Positions 38,919 through 47,700 of a stretch of 64,000 bases of DNA are shown here, one piece after another; within the stretch, counting starts at the first letter, position 1, and every line of letters starts with the position of its first letter. The translations under genes and the position numbers were made by a program. The stretch spans positions 1-64,000 of IMG/VR virus record IMGVR_UViG_3300027908_000005; one strand, written 5' to 3'. This stretch comes from a virus. The notes under the pieces are model-generated. The model was given only the letters and a program-made list of their open reading frames with translations. It was not told the DNA's origin and did no database searches.

Positions 38919-39205
38919 GGTTTCGTCTCCTCCTGCCCTCGATTGTAGTACAGACACAGAAGCCGCCCCGCACACTCCGCCGACATCATCTCTTCGCTCC
39001 GCTCCACCTTCGAGAGATAGGACGGTGAGACTTCCAGTAGCAGGGCAAAACGTCGCAGGCTGATCTTGGAGAGGGCGCGTAGCGTACGAATCACCGATCG
39101 GGCGTGACATTGAACCGACTCGCGCTCCTTCTCGTATGCGGCGTACGCGGATACGTAGTCATGCAGACGGTCCAAGCTCTCACGGAAGGGCGTCTCGGGT
39201 GTCAT
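38915..39205 (-). CDS. XRE-family HTH regulator, probably leaderless
   Basis: Track ORF is 38915..39220. ATG 39205 sits 7 nt after the -10 of the 39212-39240 promoter. HTH: ISLRRFALLLEVSPSYLSKVERSEEMMSAECAGRLL. Confidence 0.6.
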   Translation of the reverse strand: MTPETPFRESLDRLHDYVSAYAAYEKERESVQCHARSVIRTLRALSKISLRRFALLLEVSPSYLSKVERSEEMMSAECAGRLLCLYYNRGQEETKP

Positions 39206-39211
39206 GCGTGA

Positions 39212-39240
39212 AGTATACACTGTTCAGAGCAAAAAGTCAA
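39212..39240 (-). promoter_or_regulatory. promoter TTGACT-N17-TATACT
   Basis: Minus-strand TTGACT (39240-39235) and TATACT (39217-39212), then 6 nt and ATG 39205. Confidence 0.5.
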
Positions 39241-39337
39241 CGCGGCCACTTCCCGCCCCGCCGGATCGTCCAGATCCCCCACACCAAGCCGCCGACGATC
39301 GACGCCGTCAGCAGGGAGGAGAGGAGGCGGCGCAGCC

Positions 39338-39568
39338 TCAACGATGGGTGAGGGATCCGCCGTTGGAACTTGAGAAGTTGATAAACCCCGCCCCGTTCAC
39401 TAAGGTCATCAATAGGTTCACCGTCACGATCAGGGCGAAGATGAGCAGCACGACGCCGACAATCCACGTCACATTCGCATCGACTCCGGGCGCGAACCGG
39501 CGAAAGACGGCGTAGATCAGGTACAGAATCAGCATAGCAACGAGCCAGAAAATGAGAGCACTCAACAT
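39338..39568 (-). CDS. two-TM small membrane protein (holin-like)
   Basis: 76 aa. LIFWLVAMLILYLIYAVF and WIVGVVLLIFALIVTVNLLMTLV. Confidence 0.5.
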   Translation of the reverse strand: MLSALIFWLVAMLILYLIYAVFRRFAPGVDANVTWIVGVVLLIFALIVTVNLLMTLVNGAGFINFSSSNGGSLTHR

Positions 39569-39569
39569 C

Positions 39570-39599
39570 TTGACACCGTTCCGATCCTGCGGGTATCAT
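39570..39599 (+). promoter_or_regulatory. plus-strand (antisense) promoter TTGACA-N18-TATCAT
   Basis: Hexamers at 39570-39575 and 39594-39599, pointing away from the membrane-protein gene into a stretch with no convincing ORF. Confidence 0.35.
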
Positions 39600-39840
39600 C
39601 CCCGCAATTCCACGACTACCACGCCTACCACGCCGATGGGCGCGAGGTGATAGGCCAACATCGGTTGAAAGAATACCGGGCTCCGACCTTTTCTCCTTCG
39701 TTGTTGCTCCGGGACATGATGAGACGACCGGGGATAAACCGGCAACGAGAATAACGCGCATGGGGGACACAGACGGCTCTCGCCCGGAAGGGCGCGGGGC
39801 CGTCTCCTCATTTACAGGTACGGCGTTCGGGGCGTTTCGT

Positions 39841-40299
39841 TCACGGCTTCAGATGCGACGACAGAAACGCATAGATGGCCGCCATACCGACGATCATCCC
39901 GATGACCGCCGCGATCCCCACATGCGTGGCGCTCACGCCCTCCTTGTGCCCCTGCTCGGTGTTCTGCCGCTTCTGCATCTCGTCGAGGATCTTCGCCTGG
40001 GTCTCGAATCGTTGTGTGAACTCCGTCCGCATGGCGGACACCATCGCCTCCACCTCACGGCGGGGCATGTAGCCGTTTATCAGGTCGTTGACGGTCTGAC
40101 GCCATTCGTTACTGTTTTTTTGCCATTCTTTCGTGTTTTCTTGAGCAACTTGGACAGCGAGTTGCTGAGAAGCCAACGCCGCCGCCACGGCCTTCTCGGC
40201 GGCGGCCAGGGCGGCGGCGACGGCCTTCGCCTGTTCCTCCTGGATGGCGGTAAAGTGTTCTTTGACCGTGAGAACGGTCCAACCGGTATCGTCGGGCAT
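39841..40299 (-). CDS. coiled-coil protein with C-terminal TM anchor
   Basis: 152 aa from in-frame ATG 40299, 7 nt after the upstream stop. A/Q/E-rich helices, then GIAAVIGMIVGMAAIYAFL. Confidence 0.5.
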   Translation of the reverse strand: MPDDTGWTVLTVKEHFTAIQEEQAKAVAAALAAAEKAVAAALASQQLAVQVAQENTKEWQKNSNEWRQTVNDLINGYMPRREVEAMVSAMRTEFTQRFETQAKILDEMQKRQNTEQGHKEGVSATHVGIAAVIGMIVGMAAIYAFLSSHLKP

Positions 40300-40306
40300 G
40301 TCGCTT

Positions 40307-40765
40307 TCAGCAGAATCCCCGATGACCGCCCGCATCCAGCCATTGAACCGGCGTCGAGCCCACGCCGGACACCAACAGACGCGCCGCGATCCCCACGGCA
40401 TACTGAACCTGCATGGCATCCCCCGGCAACTCACACGGCCCCTCGGCGTTGAACGCCGCGCAGGGGTCGCCGGACTCGTCGAAGTCCACGAGGATGCTCT
40501 CGACGGTGGCCCCGGTGTCGTTGGTGTAGACGGTGCGCCACGCCTCGACGGCCACCTGACAGTTCATCGGGAACTCCGGGGAGCAGCCGACGTTCTCACA
40601 GTAGTAGTTACCGTAGGCGATCAGTTGAACCTGGATCGACACCCCGGCGCCGATGTCGGTCCCCTTGAGTTGACCGGTACAGGAGTCGTTCCAGGGGCAG
40701 CCGCTCTGATCGACGTATTCGACGCCGGGCGTGCTTTCGATGGCTACGGAACCGGAACCGGGCAT
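40307..40765 (-). CDS. Cys-rich hypothetical protein
   Basis: Track ORF, 152 aa, 11 Cys. Confidence 0.5.
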   Translation of the reverse strand: MPGSGSVAIESTPGVEYVDQSGCPWNDSCTGQLKGTDIGAGVSIQVQLIAYGNYYCENVGCSPEFPMNCQVAVEAWRTVYTNDTGATVESILVDFDESGDPCAAFNAEGPCELPGDAMQVQYAVGIAARLLVSGVGSTPVQWLDAGGHRGFC

Positions 40766-41121
40766 GGTGTCACCTCCTTTAATCCGAGTAGATACGGAAT
40801 CGCCTGTTCGGGCGTTGCGTCATCCCAACAACGTATACTCTCCTGGTTACAGGAAATCCCAAACAGGACATAGTTCTCATTCTCACCGGTGAAGTAGACA
40901 CTTATCTTATATTGTCCGACCCACCATTCCGCGAGTATATCTGCGTGCGGTTGTTCCGGTGAGACGTGCAGGAAGGTCGGATCGGGCAGTTCGGGCCATT
41001 GTCCGCATTCAGTGAGCCATGCCTTCGCGTAGGCGATGAGGGCCGGGGTTGGCGGTAGACTGTCGAAATCTGAATCGTGCCAGTCTGACATAGCTTCCAG
41101 AATAGCATCCTGACTTTTCAA
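40744..41121 (-). CDS. hypothetical protein
   Basis: Track ORF, 125 aa, W/E-rich. Confidence 0.5.
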   Translation of the reverse strand: MKSQDAILEAMSDWHDSDFDSLPPTPALIAYAKAWLTECGQWPELPDPTFLHVSPEQPHADILAEWWVGQYKISVYFTGENENYVLFGISCNQESIRCWDDATPEQAIPYLLGLKEVTPCPVPVP

Positions 41122-41122
41122 G

Positions 41123-41506
41123 TTACCTCCCCTTCAACTCATCAATCTTCGTCTCGATCCGTATCAACCGATCCGCCGTCGAGCGCGCCTGCGCCTCGAG
41201 GTGGTCCTGCAGGATCGCCTCGAACCGATGGATCTGCACGAGGTCGGCGGCGTGCTCCTGGGTGTGGTCCTGCAGGAGCAGGATCTGCGCGTGCTGCTCG
41301 CCGGTCTTCTCGCGGAGTTCGTCGCGGAGGCTCGATATCGACACCTGCGCCCACATGACGATCCCGACCAGCGTCCCGAGCAAGGCCACGATACCCTGTG
41401 CCAATGATACGCCGGACTGTAAACTCTGAGTCGCCGTCTGCACGGCGGCGCGTGGGCTCATCTCGTTGACGCTCCCCCCTGTCTGCGTTAAGGCTTCTGT
41501 GCTCAT
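41123..41506 (-). CDS. N-terminal TM + coiled-coil protein (i-spanin/holin-like topology)
   Basis: 127 aa from ATG 41506, with AAGGAGGA upstream. TM GIVALLGTLVGIVMWAQV followed by heptad-rich helices. Confidence 0.5.
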   Translation of the reverse strand: MSTEALTQTGGSVNEMSPRAAVQTATQSLQSGVSLAQGIVALLGTLVGIVMWAQVSISSLRDELREKTGEQHAQILLLQDHTQEHAADLVQIHRFEAILQDHLEAQARSTADRLIRIETKIDELKGR

Positions 41507-41600
41507 GTCGGTGGGTCGTCCTCCTTTCCTCTTCGCACACTGGACCGCCATCGGGGGCGGCGCGCGTGCCTCTCGTGTGGGGTTGACCGTACTGTGTTCG

Positions 41601-41696
41601 CTACTTCTTGTCGCCTTTGCCTTTACATTTGCAGAGGCTCATCTTCTTGCCGCACTTCGGGCAGACCTTCTCCTTCTCTTCCTTGTCTTTCGCCAT
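41601..41696 (-). CDS. 31-aa lysine-rich zinc-knuckle peptide
   Basis: Hand-translated MAKDKEEKEKVCPKCGKKMSLCKCKGKGDKK. GGAGGTGA lies 8 nt upstream. Starts 19 nt after the giant gene stop. Confidence 0.45.
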   Translation of the reverse strand: MAKDKEEKEKVCPKCGKKMSLCKCKGKGDKK

Positions 41697-41714
41697 CTCG
41701 TTCTCACCTCCCTC

Positions 41715-44700
41715 CTAATGGGGTGTCATCTCGCGTTGCAGTTTGCGTTCCTCCGGGGACATCGCCGCCGACGACTTCCGTGGCTTTGGGGGTGCCTTCG
41801 CCGCTTGCGCCTGCCGCACCTCCGCCGGTGGCAACGTCAACGGTTTCCCGCTATTAGCCCCGGTGGGATCGTAGAGGGCATCCGTGCCGGGTTCGCCCCT
41901 ATTGTACCAGTCCATCCGGGCGGGGACGGTCCCCCGCGCCAGCGGAATGCGGTTCACTACATAATCCCGCAGGGTTTTGGGGTCGCGGCTATACTTATCG
42001 AGTTGGTCGGCGAGGTCGGCGATTCCCTGCGGAACGATCGTCCCGACCTCCGAGCCGACCATCTTCATCGGGTTCTGCTCCGTCAGTCCCCCCGCCGTCT
42101 CCGTAGCCCGCAAAACGGGATTCTCCTCGAACGCCTTCACGCCGGCCTTGACCGCCGGTCCCGCGATGGCTTCGCCCGCCTTGTTGCGCTGCGCCAGTTC
42201 AACGATAGTAGCCCCGATCGCAGGGAGAACGCCGACGGGGGCGAGTCCGCTAATCTGGTGCCATTTACCGCCAATCAGAACGGAACCGGGCCGTTTCGAC
42301 TTATCGGCATTCGCGAAGCCGGTTATGACGCCCCGACTTGCCCCAATCGCCCCGATCGTCATCAGTGCCCCCCCGACGCTCTGGCGCCCCAGTGTTTCCA
42401 CGAGTCTCTTCTGCGCCGCCGCGTCAAACGGCTTGCCCTGCAGCCGGTCCCCGGCGAAGCGGACGCCTTCAACGGGACCGCCGACGGCGTAGTCCACGAG
42501 GCGCGAGGCGATGTTGCTGCCGACCTTTGAGAAGGGCATCAGGAAATCAATACCGGCCCTTCCTACCGCATTAGGCGCCACCGCCCGAGTTTTGCCTAGC
42601 CATTGCGTAAAGGCGTTGTCATTCAAGAAAACGGCCTGTTCCGCCCCGACGATCGCGTTCGTCGTCATCTCATCGGTCGGATTGTTTAGCAGTTCCTGTA
42701 CTCTCTGCACCCGCGCCGTTCCGCTCAACCCCTCATTCATCGTCGTCAGGCGCGCCTCCTGTTGAAGTGCGCGGGTGAAGGCATACAGACGCGCCGGACG
42801 GTACGTCGCGGCGTGGGCACGAGTGACGAGGTTGATATATCCCTGCGCCAGTTTGTTCGACGTCTGGACATCTCCGAAGAGGCGGTCGCGCGTCTCGCCG
42901 ATCCGTGCGATCGGTGCTACCGCGCGCCCCGCAATCGTCGTTCCCCGTTGCGCCTCCTCTTCCCCTTTCAACAGGATCATACCGGCCTCGCGTACTCCCT
43001 GTGTCGCGGACTGATAGACGGCTTTTGCGATGTCTACGGGGGTGCCGCCGGTGACGGTACGGGGATTCTTCGTCACCTTCGAGAGAATCGCATCCATCGC
43101 CGACGAAGGGAGTTTCGCCAGATCGTCGGCGGTCAGCGAAATCCCGTGAGCCAGCAAGACCTTGTCCAACGTGCGCGGACTGGATAACAGACCTGCCTTC
43201 CACAAAGCAATCAGTTGAGAGGACGCAGGGATCCTCCCCTCTTCCATCAACAGTTTGTTCATCGCCTCGTGATCGTTGGGGTCGAGGGTCGCAAGTCGCG
43301 CCGCCACCCGGTCGGCGTCCGCGCCATACTGATTGACCAGCAGACGCTGCGCTACTCTCCTCGCCGCCCTCTGTTCCGGTGAGTTGCCGTTCACACGATC
43401 ATTCTCTGCTTGCGCTTCTTTGACCGCATCGGTGAGGATCTGGGATGCGACGCTCTGTTGCTGCGCGGAGGCGCGCGGGCGTTGGGCGTCAATGTATGCC
43501 CGTCCCAGAGCCTTCTTCTGCTCCGGCGTCAGGTCCCGTCCATTGGCGACGGCCTTGATGATTTCGGGATCGACGGCGGCGCGGAATGCGTCGGCTTGCG
43601 CCTTCCCCAAGCGCGAGTTCAGGTTCCGATCAAAAAGCTGTTCCGGCGTTGGCGTCGGCTTGGCGGCTTTCGTGGCGGCTTGCCTCATCCCGTCGAGTTG
43701 CTTCTGCCAGGCGTCGCGCTCCGCTTGCGTCCTCTGCAGTTCCGGCGATGTCGGGCCGGGCGTGCGTTGTGGGGTCGAAGTGTCGCCGGTCTGCACCTTC
43801 TGTTTGAGTTCCTCGATCCGGGCGTTTGCGGCGTCGATCTTCGCTTGAACCTGCTTCTGTGCCGCCTCCTCCGGCGTCGGCTTCGCCGCCTCACGTTTCA
43901 TCGTATCGCGTTGTTTCTGGAGGGCGTCCCGTTCGCGGGTTGCCATCTCCAACGCTTCCGGGAGGGGTCGGTTTGCAGTCGGCGTATTCGTCGGGAATTG
44001 CCCCGTCTTGATCTGTTGGTTCAGTTCGTCGATCCGGGTCTGTACCTGCTTCAGTTGGGCAGCTCGTGCCTTCGCCTGGGCGAGTTCCGCCCGCAATGTG
44101 TCCCGCTGTTGTGAGAGTACCTCCAGGTTCTCGGTACGTGGCCGATTGGCCGTCGGCGTCCGCGTCGAGAGGTCGCCGTTCTTGATTCGAGATGTGAGGT
44201 CGTCGATGTCCTTCTGAATCACCGATGCCTCGCGCACGGGCGCCTGTGCGGCGCGCTTGGCCGTTGCCGCCTCTTCCCGTGCGGAGGCTACGAGGTCGTC
44301 GACGGTCTTAATCGCCCCGCCGGTCGAAGCGGCGGCTCCCTTTCTACCGGGCATCGCATCCAGATAGGCTTGCGACACCGTCCGTTGCTCCTCCTGCGTC
44401 ATCGCCTCGCCGCCGATCAGCTTGTGCAGCAAAGCGGTATCGCCGTCGGGTGCGACGGCGTTGACGAAGTCGGCGGCGCCTTTACGGCCCAACCGGTGCC
44501 CGAGTTGATCCACGAAGACGTCGCTGACCTGCTTCGTCTGGATGCGTGTTACGGCCTCGGCGCGGAGGTTCGCCCAGACGTGCTGGAGGTCGGCATCGTT
44601 GACGTGGTCGCCGATGTCGGCTTTCATCGCCTTCGCCCAATCGGCGAAGGAGCGTGCTCCGGCTTCCAGGTGGAAGCCGCCGATCGTCATGACGTCCTTG

Positions 44701-47700
44701 AGGAGTCCGGGCACGTTCGCCAGAGAATTGAGGGTTCCGGCGGTCCCTTTGATACGGGCACGAGCCGCCTGTGCGGCATCGGCGGTGAAGACCTTATTCG
44801 TCGCCCCCCACGTCCTACTGCGCGGGGTTGTCGCCTCCCTCACGTCCGCCTTCGGCTGGAACAGCGCATCCGCCTGCGCCGCCACGTCCGGACCGCGATA
44901 GGCGTCCGCCAGGATCCGCATCGACGACAGCGTCCGTCCCGCCTCCGCCGTGTGCCCGGCCAGCGTCTGCAGGATAACCTGATGCTCCTGGGTCGCCTTC
45001 GCGAACGCCGCCTGGTTCTCCTCGTTGGGGGCGGCGCGGTACTTAGCCGTCGCGTCCCGTACCCGTTCGGCGGAGTCTACCATGAGTTGCCGCAGGGCCG
45101 TAATATGGGCCGCTCCCGCGCCAGGGACGGCCGCCTGGATCTGAGTCGGGGTCAGGCCGAGTTCCTTCGCGGCCTTCTGTGTCTCGGCGAGGGAGATTCG
45201 GCCACCCCTGGCCCTTTCGATGTCGGCGGCCATGCCGTTGACGGTATCGGCGAGTTGCGCCTTGACGTCCTCGCCGGTTTGGAGGCGGTCGAGGTTGAGG
45301 TTAGCGACGTGGCCGGTGGTCTGTGGGGGCTTTACCGCTTGCGCTTCCGGTGGGGTGCCTGGGGATGGTGCTTCTTGGCGGACGGCTTGGGCGCTCGTTG
45401 GGGGAGGTGGAGTCCCTTCGACGCCAGGTCGAACTCCTTCACCACCGCCGGGGAGATTTTGCCCTGCTTCTCCAGCATGTGGACCTTGGCCGCTTGCTTG
45501 AGGCTGCGATATGGCACTTACGAGTCCTCCTTGTGCGGGCGACGTCTCCGGCGTGACGACAGGAACGGATACGGCTTCTGTCGGCTTCGCCCCTCCCCCC
45601 TCCCCGGCCCCCGCCGTCTGGACGCCGGGAGGCTGGACGGTCACGGGAGGGGGCGCGGTCGGCTTCCCCGTCTGCAGACTCCGCGCCTCCTCCACAGTCG
45701 GGAAGTTATGGATTCGCGCCGCATCGTTGACGATCTTCAAGATGTCGGGGCGTGCCTCGGCGAAGTGCGGATCCTGCGCCAACGCCGAATAGGTCCGGAC
45801 GAAGAGTTCCCCCGCATCGCCGCCGCTGTTGATACGGAAATGCCCCTTCGGGATCAGGTCACCGGAATGAGTCGCCTCCGGTGAGGGGTAATCGAAGTAA
45901 CGGTCGTATTCCCGCCCCGGCGTCCGTTCGGCCATGTTCCACAGGACATCTTTAGCCGTCGGCTTCTTGGTCGCTAGGAACTCGTTATCCATCGAGGCGT
46001 CAAGGGCGTGGGCGGCTTCGTGCAAGCCGACCGTTCCGCTCATCTTCTGCCCGAGTTGAACCGGTTTGCCGTCGATCACCTCCTGCCCCTCGGCCCGATA
46101 GTCCTGCGGAAGTGTGCGGGTGAAGAGGCTCGGATACTTCTGCGCGTGGTCGGCCTCGGTGTCGCCACTCGCCTTCATGATCGCTTCGACATGGGCGCGA
46201 ATTGCGGGCGACAATGCCCACGGTTGCACAACGTTCGACCCCGCTACCGATTTGTTCGGAGTCTCTACCGCCGCAGTGTTTGGAGTCACCGTCCCCACCC
46301 CCAGTCCGGTCTCCCGCTCGAACTGCGCCGGGGTCCAGAAGCGGTCGTGTCCTTCTCCCGTCGCATGGACGCCGCTGCGGTCGGCGGTGACGACGGTGTA
46401 TTTGCCGCCGTCGGAGTGGGTGAAGGTGTCGCCGGGGCGGACCGGCGCGGATGCCGGTTGCTGCCTCTGTGGATTGACGGGAGGTACCTCTGCCGGTCGG
46501 GGCGGCTCTTGTACCGTCGGGACCGCCGGTTGCGCATCTGCGGGGGGCGTCGCGGCCTCCGTGTGCCGCGTAGAGGGGGCGGAACGGTCCGGGCGCGTGC
46601 CGACGGCCACGGGAACGGGCGGCTTAACCTCTCCCGGCGGGGGCGTCGTTCCGGACTGGTCGCGGGGCGCCGGTCCCCGCGTATCCATCCGCCCCTGCGC
46701 CAGCTTTAGGGCGCCGATGTCGCCTGCACTCAATCCGTGTTCCGGGGCGATTTGGGGGATGGCGTGGGGCGAGACGGCGTGAACGCCCGCCAATGCCGCC
46801 ATGATTCCCGATATGAGGGCTTCCGGCCCCTTCCCCGCCCGTGCGTCCTGGACCGCCTGCACCCCCTGCTGTGTGGCGAAGAAGGCCGAGACGGCACGGC
46901 CCCCCAGAGGACCGAACTTGCCGGCCAGCGCGCCCGGCGCCCCCCACGCTACCGGGTCGGTGGTCATCCCCGCCGCCATGTCCGCGACGGCGTTGCCCAA
47001 TTTGCCGACGCTGCCTAACTTCTCGGCGGCGGCGACCCGTGCGGCCACCCGCGAGGGCTTCCCCATCTCGCCGACATTCACCCCTTTGAGAGCGTTCACC
47101 CGGTCCCAATAGCCGGACTTGGCGAGTGCTTCCGCCGCCGGCCAATCGCGGGGATCTAACCTTCCCATCCCGGTATCGTTTTTGGGGTTCACGTCGATGT
47201 CGTGCAAGCCGGGCAGCGGGACCGGGCCCCCGTACATGCCTGGGAAGGAGACGTTACCGCCGTAGAGGGCCGCCTTGACCATCGCGGATGGGTAGGCGAG
47301 GACGTCGCCGACCTTACCCGCCGCCGTCCCCAACACCTTCATCGGCGCGTCAGGGTCGTACTTCTGTCCCTGCGTGTACTTCGTCGCGCCCGTTTTTATT
47401 TGTGGTGTCGGCGTCGTGAACGCCCCCGGCGGCCCGATCTGCCCCGCTCCGGCCCCCGCACGGTTCCACGCCTCCTTCAGCAGCGCCGCCTTCGTCACGG
47501 GATGGAGGGCGAGTTTGGGATCGTTGACGATCTGATCCCGCACGTCCGGGCTGACGTTGGTCAAACGTTGCGTAAGTTTCTGATACCACGGCGCGTCGGC
47601 GTGGGTCTTGCCGAACTGTGCTGCCATCGTTTCCGTCTGGGGGGCGAATGTCGGCGGCTTCGGTCCCGTTGTGGATGTCTGCGGCGTAGCATTAGGCGTT

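Noticed and set aside
39237-39761. Lipoprotein (o-spanin-like) ORF starting MRVILVAGLSPVVSSC
   Set aside because: No SD. After the lipobox the frame becomes Arg-rich and has no stop for 170 codons. It overlaps the well-formed two-TM gene in another frame. Kept only as a note in the 39570-39840 finding.
41466-45884. Long plus-strand ORFs (354 aa at 41466..42530 and 504 aa at 44370..45884) antisense to the giant gene
   Set aside because: Extreme Arg/Leu/Gly/Pro content and no SD. They lie entirely inside a 6.4-kb ORF with normal codon bias on the other strand.
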